In this document: positions 46,300-61,251 of the stretch, in pieces
How the letters are laid out: every line of letters begins with the position of its first letter
How positions within the stretch are numbered: the stretch's first letter is position 1
NCBI RefSeq assembly: GCF_009914755.1
Contig: NC_060942.1
Source: the human T2T-CHM13v2.0 reference genome, Homo sapiens
Strand: one strand, 5' to 3'
DNA: 64,000 nt
The notes under the pieces: generated by a model
Told to the model about the DNA's origin: nothing
Seen by the model: the letters and a program-made list of their open reading frames with translations, nothing else
Database searches by the model: none
Program-made: the position numbers and the translations under genes

Positions 46300-46972
46300 G
46301 TTTAAACTGCCACCATCACTTACCCTAACTAATGCCAACAGCCTCCTAATTGGTCTCCATGCATCCATTCTTGGCCCTGTTTCATTCATATCTCAGTAGC
46401 CAGAGTAATTTTCTAAATTATAATCAAGCTACTAATCCACTCAAAACATTTAAGTGGTCTCCCATTTCTCTTATATTAAACCCCAAATTTCTTACTATGG
46501 TCTGACCAGCCAGGCATGATCTGACTTCACCCTGTTTCTCTCCCGTTATTGTAAACCACCCTTCCTTGACCTGTTTATTCCACAGCCATGCTGAATTTCT
46601 TTCAGTTCTTGAAACACCTAATGCTCTTTCTTTCTCAAGGAATAAAACACTGGATGCTACCTTTTCTGCTGAAACACTTTCTCCCTCGCTCTTCACGTGG
46701 GTACTGCTACTTATATTTAATGTTCCAGCTTAAATGTTAGGTCCTCAGAAAAACTCTTTGACCTTCAGTTCCTTGTTTATTTCTCCCATTGTACATACTG
46801 AATTTATACTCTTTTAAAATGTATTTCAGGTTATTTGTATTTGTCTGTCTTCCCAACTGAAACGTGAGCTCCATAAGATTGGGAAGCATGTACACCTTGT
46901 TCTCCGTTGACTCACCATCACCCAGCATAGTGCCTGATACAGGGCTCAACAAATATTTGTTGAACAAATAGA
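46300..46972 (+). mobile_element. L2a 3' region
   Basis: caacagcctcctaattggtctcc...cccagcatagtgcctgatacagggctcaacaaatatttgttgaacaaata. Confidence 0.88.
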
Positions 46973-47789
46973 TAGCGAAATGGTATTGGGTGCCAGGATG
47001 CCACCTTTAGTCAATAAGCTAAAGGTCTCTTAAGGGGTATTGGTAAAGCTTGAAAAATTATATTGGTAAGTTCTCAACACCCTGAATCTCTGAAATTATA
47101 TTTTTTTCTCTAAAAAATTTTGAGACTCTTTGGAATAAATTATGATGACTCTCCATCAGTTTAGGTACTATTAATACAATGTAATATGAGGTAAAATTTG
47201 AAAGAAAATCTACTAATGACTTGTTAAGTATAGATAATGAGAGAAACCTTCCAGGAATTACACAGATGTTTATTTTTCAATGGTGCTCCATGGAAGCATA
47301 TGATGAATGTTACCTGGATTTCAATGAATGTCCCTCAATATCTACATTTACTCCCATTCTTTTACAAGCACAAATATTTAATTTCTCAGAATATGATCTA
47401 CATTTTAAAATATAGGTTAAAAGTGCTAATAGTGTTCTTTTCATCAACAGAGAGAGGACTTGTTTGAGTTTAATTTTCCTTAACCATTAAATTATTTCTT
47501 TCCTTTTGCCTTTCCTCACTTTTTCCTTTCATCCTTTCTTCCTGTTTTCATTTTCGGAATCCTTCATTCCTGCCATGTGAGTGTCAGATCTGCATAAACA
47601 GTAGTACGTTGGTCACTTTCAGGGATGCTAGATTGAAGCAATAATTACAAAGATGCCAACCCTTATTGTAATATCCATCACTTTATTCTCTCAAAAGAAC
47701 ATCCTTTCACTAACTCAATATGTCTCACAAACTTTAACTGTTTTTCTTGACTGACTTCTGAGTCACATTTTTCTACATCTTTTCTATTA

Positions 47790-48495
47790 TGGCCTCTCTG
47801 CCATCACAGAATTATTTTTACCACCTAGCTCTCCTGGATCATGTATTTGGGGCATTCTTCCAAAGAAATTTGATCCAGGGCTCCTTGATGTATCAGTAAT
47901 TCCCACCGGGAATTAGACACTACTTAGGCACCACCTCATAGCCTCCTAGCCTCACCTATCTCCAGAATTCTGAGTCAGTTATTTCTCCCAGTCATGGTTC
48001 CAGCAACCAGCACTGCATAAGATCAGGCTGACTTCACTTGGACTCCCAACCCATAGTTGAGATAATGACCATGACTGAGATTTTGGGCTTCACCAATGCC
48101 ACTGTAGACTGAGATGCTGAATTCCCACCGGGCTTCTGCATAGACTCAACTCTGAAAGGCATTTTGTATGCACCATCTCTTGTGAGTGAGCCATTGACCT
48201 ATGAGAAAATAGTAATCAAGGGGTCAAGTTTTCTCTCTCCAACTTTGAGACCTACCAACCTGAGATTAGCAACGATTTGTTGGGACTTGGAAGGCCATCC
48301 TACAAAATGGAGCTTTGCTTGAGGGACAGCAGAATTCAGCACCATTAGGCACTATGTATTTGCTGTCTCTCCTTTTTTTCATTTCCATTTTCTTCCGTCC
48401 TGGTTCTTTGAAATTTTTCCTACTGATAAGGAAATAACACAGTAGTTTGCTAGTTGTTGCTTTGAACTCTACTTTCTGGGGAACTCAGTTGGGGC
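47790..48495 (+). mobile_element. LTR16-family (ERVL) solo LTR
   Basis: gagccattgacctatgagaaa and 3' end ctctactttctggggaactcag...ggca. Confidence 0.55.
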
Positions 48496-48687
48496 AAACA
48501 TTCTCTCTTATGAGACTTCCATGATCTCATATTCATTCACTAAACACCATCTCTAACAGCTCTGCCCATGGTCTACTGAAACATGGAAAAGAGGCCCAAG
48601 GCTTATATACCAAAGATATGGTTCTCCTTTTAGAGTGAAACCAAGGAAATTGTTCTTGATCACATATTTGATCCCTGGAATAGACTA

Positions 48688-48810
48688 TACATATATATGT
48701 GTATATATAAATTATGTATATATTTATATATATACACACACAAATTATATATATTTATATATATACACACAAGTTATATATGTTTATATATATATACACA
48801 CATATATATA
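48688..48810. repeat. AT-rich degenerate tandem repeat (about 31-33 bp unit)
   Basis: Three copies of aa(a/g)ttat(a/g)tat...tttatatatatacacac. Confidence 0.8.
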
Positions 48811-49069
48811 ATGCTAAATTCTAAACGAAGACACTTAATTGTAGGCTATAATTCTCCCATGGAATTCTTGATATAGAGAGTATGTTCAATAGCTATTTAA
48901 GTATCCATTTGATCTCTTAACTCTGATAAAAGCTTCTTAGATTATTACTACCTATACCAGGTAGTATCTCTCTTTTTTCAATGAGATACCTATTTAGGTG
49001 CAAGTTTAACTGTAGGAAGCACTTATACATTTATTTATATATGCACACACATGCACACATGTATATCTA

Positions 49070-49086
49070 TATTTATATAGATATAA

Positions 49087-49132
<46 letters not shown>
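49070..49132. repeat. (TAAATA)n-(TA)n microsatellite
   Basis: Direct reading. Confidence 0.9.
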
Positions 49133-49134
<2 letters not shown>

Positions 49135-49135
<1 letters not shown>

Positions 49136-49255
49136 CACTCATTTAAGAGGGTTTTTGACCTCTTACCATATGCCAAGCATTCTTCTAGGCATTGAATATT
49201 TAGTACTGAATGAAAAAGTCATATTTTATATTCTTATTGAAATTATAGTCTAGTA
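49135..49255 (-). mobile_element. L2 3' tail
   Basis: cttaccatatgccaagcattcttctaggcattgaatat. Confidence 0.7.
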
Positions 49256-51061
49256 TAAAAGAAGGCCCTTTACTCAAGAAAAATAAAAAATATTTTAAGA
49301 TCTCTACAAGTTTAAGGTCTTTATCTCACAGCATTATAATTTTTTTTTGTTTTATTCTCCAGCTGTATCTCATGTAAACATTACTAACAGATATTTCACA
49401 GGATTATTTGAAAACAAAACAAGGAAGCCAAGCAGATTTACCATATCTAGGAACATTAGAACAACCCTCGGGGAGAAACAGAATTTTGTCTAATCCACCA
49501 CACATCTGGGAAAGGGAAATAAGGTTGAATTCATAATTCACTTGTACCACAGGACTAGTTTAACAATAAAAAAATAGATAGTAATAAGGTATGACACCAC
49601 AGAGATTGGGAGATAAGGTAAATGTAGCCTAGAACCTTTTCAACCCTAGTTAATGAGAATCCCTAAACACCACCAGACAACTTAATAGACCTAGCCATTA
49701 CTTGAACATTTTGCCTTCTAGGCAGCTTCCTATTCTTCTTCCATTAATTCAAAACTTCAAAAGCACCAAGCTACATTTCATTCACAAATTGGATGAGATG
49801 TTAAATTAGGGAGATGGCATCTGAATCACTCAAGGTTGTTAGGCTTGTCGCAGTCAATATAAGCCACAACTCTCTCACATGTGCGGGGCTGCTCTACTCA
49901 CAAAATGTGAGAGGGCTTTTACCTACACATACATCCTGACAAGGTTTGCCCAGGGAGAGTCAGCCTCAGTAAAGATACAGATAGCTGATGGCACTTATTC
50001 AAACGTAAAATAATGGTGGAGAGAAAGAACACAAGCACAGCACACATTTCTCAGGCATTTCTAATCACTTAACACACTCACATCTATACCTTGAAATCAA
50101 AGGCCCTCCTTTATTATAATAGATATATTTTAAAAATAATTTTAGGTAAACGAGAAAGCTGACAAACTTTTAAAAACTCCCTTCACTTTATCATTTAATA
50201 AAATAAATCAATTTTTACAATTTACATATGCTTTGAAAAAATTTTTAAGACCAAAATATTTAGTACAGTTTCTCCCCTACAAAATAGTGATCCTTATATT
50301 TTAATGTTAAAAAAATCAGTGATACGTAAAACAAAATGGGGACATATAGGTGCTATCATTGTCAATCAAATCACTCTAATTAAACAGCATTTAAATAATA
50401 AACAATTTAAAGGATAAAGAGGTATTTTTATTCATAAATGGTGTGTGTGTGTATGTGCACACTCGTGTGCATGCATGCACATGCATTTAATTTTATAAAT
50501 ATGTCTTCAAATGCTAGCACAGGGATTTGTTTGACTTAAGCAACTGCAAATGTGAGCTCAAAAGTGGGTATAAAAATGAACTTCTTTTTGGTTATAGGCT
50601 ACTATGGAGCATCAATAATTGCATTTTTTGCATTAAATGCATTTAAAGACTATTGTTTTCAAGAGATAGCATTAAAGGGGAAAGATTTCACCTCATTTGG
50701 AAGTAACCAGAGATAGAAATTTAGGAAAATAGTGAGCCACTCTTATATCCAGAATTGTAGTATCAGTGGATAAAGAGTTTATCATGATTTTGACTCTATC
50801 AAAAATGGATCCCTGACTTAGATGAACATAAAATCCCTGTTTTCATACTCAATATGCTGCAAGATATAGGAGTTATTGCACTTTAAAAGATAAAAAGAAA
50901 ATAGACTAAGTTTCTTGTCATTTTTTGCAAAGATCAACATTCAGAATTCACCTTTCCCTCCTCTACCCTGTCAGGCACAGCTCAGGGTAGGCTACCAGGG
51001 GAGACAATGCAAAAAAATGTGTGGAAGTCTACTTGATTCTGATGCTAGTCTTCTGAGCAAT

Positions 51062-51081
51062 AGAAGACAGAGGAGAGAGAA

Positions 51082-51112
<31 letters not shown>

Positions 51113-51142
51113 AGGAGGGAAATACAGGAAGAGAGAGAAAGA
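51062..51142. repeat. (GA)n polypurine tract
   Basis: Direct reading. Confidence 0.85.
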
Positions 51143-51569
51143 CTTTACAGAATAATCTTCACATAGAGAGAAAAACTAGACATCCATGTCCAAAAGCATG
51201 AACCATTCAGTCAATCGGACATTGTACCAAATACAAGGAATGGTTATAAGAGGGATTAAGAAACATGGCAAAAGTACAAATATAAGTAAAGAATTAAGGG
51301 AGGTCGATGGGGATGGTCAAAGAGATTATGATGATGGGCTCAGCAAGCCTTTAACTCTCCACAAAGCTGAAGAGAGAAGAAAAATCGGCTTAGCTCCATA
51401 TTTAGGAATAAGATTTGGAAGCAAGCATTAAACTATTATTCTATTACTTTATTACCATTTCAATACAGGACCCACAAATGACAAACCTAGGGTTTGGAAT
51501 ATAGACTGGATACATTCTTCAAAGAGTTCCTTTAATTATTTAGGAGAATGAATAGGGTGCATCTATCAA

Positions 51570-51740
51570 ACCAATATTTATTCACCACTTACTATGTCCT
51601 AGGCACTCTTCTAGGTGCTTGGAAGACATTAGGGAACAAAACAAAAGGCTATGTCTTTTGACCTTTATATTTTAACAAAAGAGAAAAAATGAACAGTGAA
51701 CATAATAAATATGTTGTGTAGTATATTAGAAGTGACGAGA
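51570..51740 (-). mobile_element. L2a 3' region
   Basis: caatatttattcaccacttactatgtcctaggcactcttctaggtgcttgg. Confidence 0.8.
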
Positions 51741-52764
51741 GCTAATACTTTTAAGGAGCATTTTAGAGTCAGAGTCTACCTTAATTACTCTCTCCTTGTC
51801 AGCTACTGTTATTAGCTTTGGTTTCTGAGACACCAAACAGAGCCATAACTCCAAACTCCTCTCTCCTGAGGCAGTCACTCAAAACAATTGTAGTTGGGTA
51901 TGGAACATGCTGGTAGGTGTTCTGGCAGACCTACAGAATCACATTACTAATTTTAAGGCCTCACTTTTACAATTACCTCTCTCCTTCACTTCCTTCTTAT
52001 AGACCTTTAGAATTTCTCCAAACCCCAGGGACTCGCTGCCTTCATAATCTGCACTACTGGGAGCTGAGTGCTGGTTAATTGAGGATGATGATGAGGAGGA
52101 GAAGGAGCAACTCACTATTATCTAATATCATTGCTGGATCTCGAAGGCGAGGAAGACCATGTGGCTGACAGAGGTTTAGAAAGACCAAGCACACATGACT
52201 CAACCTGGCAGGACCTCAGTGACCTGCCTTCCTATCCAATATCTACTCGTGGCCAGAATAATTAAAACCCAAGAGAGAGCCAGCAGGATGGATAATAGGA
52301 CTTGGTAATGACCCTCTTTGTTTCAACAAATTCATATCGCAGTTCCTGAATTTTAAAAAGTGCTGTGCAAATCGATTTGTTGGCTGATAAAAAGTGAATA
52401 GTAAGTAGCTTGTAATAAAATGGGCTATTTCCATGCTTGCTGGTGTGATGGGTTGGGGGCAGAATAATAGGATTTCTGAAACCAAACCCATTCAGGTAGA
52501 GCTTCTCTAGACCACTTTAGCAAAGTTACTAAAGCTAATTTCATCAGAAGAGCCAGAACCCCATATTTTACCTCTGATATTCAGTCTTTGCTATAAAAGT
52601 TTTTCTTCCCAATCTTTCTTATTTACCACCCCATAGAGCACCACATTAGGTCACTAACCCATCAGAGTAAATTTGCTTGTTCTATCTCTTTCCTTCATAA
52701 TCAGGAAGTTTCAGAGAGGTCTGCTTTGAAGTAAAAACAGGCTTGTAGGATAGAGCAGGGAAAT

Positions 52765-53030
52765 ACAGCTAATAACAATGATAATAAGAGCTACAAATTT
52801 TTAGCTTTTCCCATTAGCCAAGCATTGTAATAATTCCTAAACAGATATTATCTGGCTAAGTGTTCACAATGACCTTCTAAATTACAGCATACATTATGCC
52901 AATTTTGCAGATTAAAGAAAAAAACGAGGTTCAAAGAATCAAGAAACTATTTCAAAGTTCTACAGATAATTAGTGCAAGAGCCAGAATTAGAACCCAGAG
53001 CAGATTGACTCCTAGGCCATGCTACTTCTA
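52765..53030 (-). mobile_element. MIR
   Basis: ccaattttgcagatt...gagccagaattagaacccag...tgactcc. Confidence 0.75.
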
Positions 53031-55713
53031 CAATAGTGTGCTATGTCTTTGTAATAAAGAAGCAGATGAATTCAAAGTGAACGGACCTAAATTTGAGTAA
53101 GGCTTCAGAAAGGATTGTGAATAACAACAGAAACTAGTGGGGTTCTATCATTTGAACCTTCATAAAGATGGAAAGATTTATAAAGGGTGACTAGCCATGC
53201 ACTCAGAAGAAAGAACAATACATATGCCATTAAAGAATTCTCTTAAACATGAGTACATGTTATAAATTGTGACTGTAACACATCAGGGCTGCTCCCGTGA
53301 CCCACCAGGATCTAAGAAATCGGCAGCAGTTCCTAAGGAAAAAAATACTGTGCAAAGATAGTTGTGTCCAGGAGATGTGGCAGTGACCAGTGAAATTCAT
53401 GTAGCTTAGCAATATACATAGAATTCAAAGTGGAAGGCTGGCACCAAGTAGGCATGCTAGAAAATAGTGAAAGTTACAATAGTCCTTCTAGAAACCACGT
53501 GGTTCTGTGAAGTGATGGCCAAATGCTCAGCAGTGGACACAAATAACTAACTGGTAGTTGAGAGACTTGTTTGTGAGCACAGGTGGGTACTGTGGTGGAC
53601 TTCCAGTAGTGATACCATTAATGTGATTGCATTTGCAGTGACAGGCTTGTGAGAGAAGTGGAAGAGAGATTGAGCAAGATTCACACAGTAAACAACACCA
53701 GATTCTGATACCTGTATACAAAAAGCAGTTTTTGTCAGGAAAATGGGGTACTTGATTGACCTCTACACTGTTAAATGTTGTCTCTTTTATCTCTGGCTAA
53801 CCTATTCTGCTATAGGCATTTTTTCTTGGGATATATTATCTTTTCCAATCACTCTATGATCACTGGCTTTGGTGATTTGCATTTTTCTGCTCTGATTATT
53901 TTGTAATATACTTATGATATATGTCAAGGCGACAGAATTATTTTCAAGTTTGTAGACAGCAAACTCCACAGCCCGTATATAACTTTGTTTCAGTTTCTCC
54001 TACATGAAGGAGAAATTTATCTGACATCATCTGAAGAGCGTTGGAGAGTCTTCATACTTAGTTTCCAGAACTGCTCCCTTAGATGGTATTCTGCAACATG
54101 AAAAGACCTCATTCATTTAGTAAGGCTAGTCCCCACTGAGATAGAGATTTATCCTCTTTTGCCCTCTCCCTATGAACCTCCACAATCTGCACTGGTAGAA
54201 GAGGCACATGATTTTCTTAAGGAGTGCCAACACCCACACTGTGAATAGTAGTTTGACTCAGAGGTGATTTGATAGGAAGGTGACTCATCTTCCTTTTACT
54301 TCAGAGTTTAGTTTCTTGATCTCCTGTTTTAAATTGGTCAGGTGCAAAAACTCAGCTGTAAGTCAGCTCACTCATTGTGAGAAAAGACTAAGACTATCTC
54401 AAAGCACTTAGCACAGTGGTAGGCACACGCTACCTTTGAAATAAGTGCCTGTCAGTAAGCTGACTTGGAAAAGGGCTCTAACACAATTCCTGCTTACATG
54501 ACTTCTTGGTATAAGAAGAACATAATAATATTTTATATACATGTGATATCTTGGAACTTTTGGCATATTTTCAAATAAAACCACCTTCATTATTCACAGC
54601 TGTGTGTGATATAATAGGACAGGTATTATTAGTTTACCTATATAGGAAAAGAGAAACCAGAGCTCTTTTTTTTTCTTTTTTTTACCCAATATGACAAAAA
54701 TAATAACTCTAGTTATCTAGCCAACACAATGGATTACATGTAGTTTTGGTTAATTTCAGTTTTTTAAATTACGCCACATTCTCTTTTTTTAGACTTTCCT
54801 CATTCAAACAGCAAGTCTGAAATCCTGTAAAATATAGTAAAGTTTTTTTTTTTTAATGGGGAGATTACAGTGAAGTCTCTAAAGAAACAGGTAGAAATAT
54901 TTAATATAGATAATTATGCAAACAAGGTTTTTATATCCTAAGTTTTAATAAAATTAGGTTTAACAAAATTCTCTAGGGATCAAGCCCTAAGGAGTTTATC
55001 AAGATGAGCATTCAACTGAGGAAAATTGAGCTTAAGGCTAAATTGATTTAGGGTAAAAAAAAATGCAATGCCTATCAGGGATCTATTGGAAAGAGATGGA
55101 CTTATTTTTAGAAAAAAAATAAATAAAACATCTGCACATATTTGAAAAAGTTCAAGTTTTTTTTTGAACCTGGGGATAATCTTCAACTATGCTAATCAGA
55201 TGAGCCAGCTTGCAGCCTGAGTGAAGAGAGAGAGAGGAAAATGTGTATTTGTTTTCTTCAGCCTACGAATATTTTCGACTGAGGTTTCAAGTGTAAGAGA
55301 AATGTTCTGATGGAATCCAGGTAAAATGTGTGGTGATGAGGTCATATATATGTTTGTGTTTCTCCTTTTGTGGAGACATACTTGGAAAAAAAGCAGACTA
55401 TTTTATATTGGTATAGTCATGCATTGCTTAACAATGAGGATATGTTCTGAGAAATTTGTCGTTGGTGATTTTGTAATTGTGAGAGCATCATAAAGTGTAC
55501 TTACGCAAACCTACATGGTATAACCTACTACACACCTAGGCTACATGGTACAGCCTATTTCACCTAGGCTACAAACTTATGCAGAATATTACTGTATTGA
55601 ATCCTGGAAGAAACTGTGACACAATGGTAAGTATTTGTGTATGCAAATGTATCTAAACACAGAAAAGGTACAGTACAAATATGGTCTAACTTTTTTTTTT
55701 AAATGATATACCT

Positions 55714-56074
<361 letters not shown>

Positions 56075-56576
56075 GACTTTATAAACACGGTACATTTAGG
56101 CTACATAAAATTTATAAAAAGCTATTTTTCTTTCTTCAATCATATTAACCTTAGCTTACTATACCTATTTTACTTCATAAACTTAAATTTATTTTTTAAC
56201 TTTCTGGCTGTTTTATAATAAAACAGCTTAAAACACAAACACATTGTATAGTATTCAAAAATACGTTTTCTTTATACCCTTATTCCATCCTCTATTTTCT
56301 ATTCTTAATTTTCTTTAACTTGTTAAATTTTTGTGTTAAAAACTAAGACACAAACACACACAACAGTCTAGGCCTACATGGGGTCAGGATCATCAATATC
56401 ACTGTCTGACACCTCCACATTTTGTTCTACTCGAAGGACTTCAGGGGCAACAATATGCACGGAGTTTTCATCTCCTATGACAATAATGCTTTCTTCTGAA
56501 ATACCTCCTGAAGGACCTTCCTAAAGCTGTTTTACAGTTAACTTTTAAAAAATATAAGTATAAGAATTACACTCTT

Positions 56577-56893
<317 letters not shown>

Positions 56894-57327
56894 CTAAGAA
56901 AACAAAAAAAAGTCTTATACTTCATATAAGAATTACAATCTAAGAGAACAAAAATATTATAGTAAATACATATACCAGTAACAGTCATTTATTACCATTA
57001 TCAATATTATGTACTGTACATAATTATATGTGCTACACTTTTATATGACCAGCAGTGCATTAGGTTTGTTTACACCAGCATCACCACAAACACATGCATA
57101 TGTTGTACTATGTTGCTAAGATGGCTCAGACATTACTAGGCATAGCAAGTTTTCAGCTCTGTTATAATCTGTTGGGATCACAGCCATATAATAATAATAT
57201 ATCTTTAGATGATATATATAAATACATGGCTGTATTTATTACCAAGGAAGAATTAAAATCTCCTTTCTGGCAGATCATCAGAATCTCAACAATTTCATGC
57301 AAAATTGTGTATATGGAAATTTTTCTA

Positions 57328-57400
57328 TTAGGTTGGTGCAAAAGCAATTGTGGTTTTTGCCACTAAAAGTAAAACCACAATTACTTTTGCACCAACGTAA
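57328..57400. mobile_element. MADE1 MITE
   Basis: ttaggttggtgcaaaagcaattgtggttttt...aaaaccacaattacttttgcaccaacgtaa palindrome with TA TSD. Confidence 0.92.
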
Positions 57401-58234
57401 TAGTTCTCTAACATGTCACCAACCAGTAGTTTAACCTTGAATGAGGATACTTAAATGAATAAAATATAAACTCTGTTAGGCTTTTCCAATCTTATACCCA
57501 AGCTATTAGGAAACTGTATTGTGGATCACCTATTAATATCACCACAAAAAATAAATAAAAACTAAATAGACAAGTCATTATCCTGTTACAGTGAGTTATT
57601 ACATATGTCTTATATTACAAAAAATCATTCATTATTTCCCATTACCTCCAATATGGACACCAACTTTCATAGCATGGTATTGCTTTACTCTGTATGATTT
57701 ATCTTTTTCCAGGTTTTCCAGCTTTATTCCCTGTTGCTTCTCAACTTGCACTAAATTGCTTATTATACTAAACTACTTTCAATTCAATAAACAAGACTAG
57801 CTATTTGAATAAGCCATTTTGGGGGGATAGGCTTATACCGATGTTCAAACATCCTTTCTTTTTTCTTTCCTTAATATGGAGATTCTGTTCAAGATTTCCT
57901 TCAAGATTCAGTTTAACCTCACCTAGAAGACTTCCTTCGATTGTGACAGACTGCATGCATGTCTTCTCTTTGCCACAGGGCACCGTGCACCATAGTATAG
58001 CCCACTATATGGTATTTGTATTCAATCTCCACTTCATTGGAAACTTCTTGAGGACAAATGTGTTGTTTTATTCTCAGAATTCCAGCCTTAGAACTAAATC
58101 CAGCTCAAATGATACTCAATAAAAGTTTGCCATGTGAAAGAATAAACGTGATTGGAGAACATAGAGCCAACCAGAAAGAGAATTCTGCTCTAACTGAAAT
58201 TTCAGAAGTGAGGTCTGTGACTGAGACCTATGTG

Positions 58235-58410
58235 AGAAGGAGGAAGAGCAGGAAGAGGAGGAGGAGAAGGAGGAACAACAACAACAAGAGGAGGATGAGG
58301 AGAGAGGAAGAAGAAGCAAAAGAAGAGAAAGAAGAAGCAGAAGAAGAAAAAGAAGGGGAGAAGGAGAAGGAGAAGCTGAAGAAGAAGAAGCAGCAGCAGC
58401 AGCAAGGTAG
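58235..58410. repeat. Compound purine-rich trinucleotide tract (GAG/GAA/CAA/CAG)
   Basis: Direct reading. Confidence 0.85.
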
Positions 58411-60169
58411 AAAACAGCAAAAGTAAAGTATATTTAATATAATGTGGTTTTATTCTATAAATAAATGAATTCAGGGAAAAGGAAGAAAAGCTTACCTACA
58501 TGTGGCTGAAGTGAATAAATGACCTAATCTTTCCCTAGAACATATACAAAGAGAAATTACAGGTGAATTATAAACCTTAGTTAGAAATCTGATGTTTCTT
58601 AATAATAAAAATGTGATATAATTTTTGTAGTTTTAAATTTGTCCACATATGCATTTTGATGCCAAATAGAACCCATTGAAATTAGCATGTTTCAATTTTC
58701 ATTTAACAGATGTCAAAGTTGATATAACAAAAAGTTTATTTCTTTACAGAGCTGTCTACACAATTAATGCTGAAAAAAAAAGCCTGCCCATCTGACTATG
58801 ACACCAAATATATGCTCTTTCTATTGTTTCCAGAGCCTTTCCTATGAAAAGAGTTCCAGGCACCTCAAAGAGAAATAATTTATTTCATCAAAAAAAAAAA
58901 AAAAAAAAAAAAAAAAAGGAGGCCACCAAGTCAAAAGTCAGGCTTCAGCCCTACTTAATCTAATCTAGATTCTTAAAAGATTGAATTATAAAATTTTCAT
59001 TTTATTTTAATTAAATTGAGTTAGCACTTCCTGAAGTCAAAGATATGTACCCATAAGAAACAAAACTCTTCCCAAAAGACGGCAAAGACAAGAACCTAGG
59101 AAAAGGAATTCAGGTGAATATGTTCCAACATCAGTGTGTTAGAACTGTCAGTGGAAGGCACAGTTCAAACATCTTTGACATCTCCTCTTTGTTGTTTCTA
59201 ATGGTTTCCAGTAAAGTTTCCATTCAATGTTTACATTTTGGTTTGTTTTTTTGTCTGTTTTAGTAGTTGGACTCAGGCAAAATAAACATAATAGTAATAG
59301 AGGCTTCTCTGGCCATGCAGTGGAGCTCAAGACTCCTTTCATCAAAGCTTTGATGAGTTCAAGGACAATAGGTGGTGGGAGAAGAGTGAGGACATTGAGC
59401 TGGAGCTGTGAAGCTCATGGGGGTTGCCTCCTGCCTGAGAGTGGGCTAAGAGTGTTTTGCTCTGGCATCAGGGCAAGTGATTTTTCCCATTATTTTTCTT
59501 TTTATTGTGCTCTTTCTTTTGTTTTTTTTTCTATATCACTGCAGCACCAAAATCTCGGAGGCTATAGTCTAATGCACTAACCATCTACCTCAGAGAACCC
59601 TGAGGCACTGCTAAATAATTCTTGAAACCCATCTCACATCTTCTGAATTGGTTTTTCTGAGATTCAAGTCCTGAAAAATGTATTTTACATGGCACATTCC
59701 CTTCTCCACAGCCAATACATCTGAGTACTATTAAGAAATACTAACCTCCAAGAGAGGCAAATTAGCAGTTACATTACTTTTAAGCAAGAGCTTTGTGACT
59801 TATTGTGGCCTAGTCCAGTTCTCAAGAGACCACCTAGATGTTTGGGGCCAAAACCCTCAGCTAGTTAGAATTTCCTTTTGCCTCACTTCTAGGCATTTAT
59901 CTCCCTCAGGGACTTAATGGTTCTTGCCACAATGAGTAGTTGATTGATCATTAAAAAATCCTGGGGCCCTGCCCCTGAATCATTCCACTACTGCTAATTC
60001 TGAAGGCCACCTCTCACTCTTTTTTCTATCACAGAAGAAATTTGTGAATCAAGAATAATATATCTGGGATTAGTTCACGTTATTCTAGGTAGCTCAAACA
60101 GGTCCAGGTTCATTCAGCTAATTTGATGACCTTTGAAATGTAATCTACCTCAATAAGAAGTCAAAATGC

Positions 60170-60524
<355 letters not shown>

Positions 60525-61251
60525 TTAATATTCCTCAAGGAAATTATGTTAAGAGATGATATATACTTTTTGCATAGGATTATTTGTGCTTCCAGGAGGG
60601 GAAACTGAACACTACTCTTTCAAATGAGGCACTGTTAAGAAAACTAACTAAAAAAGTGGCTTCAGTGGTAGCTGATGAAGAAACCAAAGTTGGATTTGAA
60701 CAGTCAGCTTCTGTTCATTGAGACCCACTGATATTATACTTCAAATGAAGTCTCTAAAATCACTACAAAACTTAATATGGCATCAATAGATTGTTTCAAG
60801 GGAGTAACATATGGAGTTTTTCAAGGGCTAAAGGAAAACAAACAAACAAAAAATAATGTAGTAGAAAAGATACAGAGATGTTGGGATCAAGGAAGCAATC
60901 ACATGATCATGCTCCTTCTGATGTTTGAAACTGCCAGGCTTCCCACTCTACCTTTCTTCATGTGGTTTAATGAAACAAATAAGGCAAAAGCACAACTCCC
61001 CGATCCTCAGTCTTGCAACATCTACTTGGCCTACCATATTAAAATCAGCAAGATCCTCCACTGTCATTCATATTTTCAGTCTGGGCAGGAGTGAATTCAA
61101 GCTATCTGAAGACTTGCTGATTCGTAAGCGGTTTTGGCCAAGGTAGATCTCAAGGGATAGGGGCTCTTCTTTTAGGTTTTCCAAGTTGTCAGAAACCATA
61201 AATATTAGAAACCGTTAAGACCAATCCTCATAATTCTGCTTTCCAACAGAG

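Noticed and set aside
47898-48132. 13-bp direct repeat aattcccaccggg as the TSD of a nested insert
   Set aside because: There is no poly(A) or terminal inverted repeat between the copies. It is more likely an internal LTR repeat or chance.
52081-52125. Acidic EDDDEEEKE-coding stretch as an exon
   Set aside because: An in-frame stop follows within a few codons and there are no good splice sites.
53275-53478. TGTAAC...GTTACA-bounded 204-bp segment as an LTR or MITE
   Set aside because: Only a 6-bp inverted repeat, no TSD and no recognised family.
58058-58426. 122-aa charged protein ORF
   Set aside because: An artefact of a T-poor trinucleotide tract.
58860-58920. A28 tract as a processed-pseudogene tail
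   Set aside because: No convincing TSD, no canonical AATAAA and no identifiable parent sequence.
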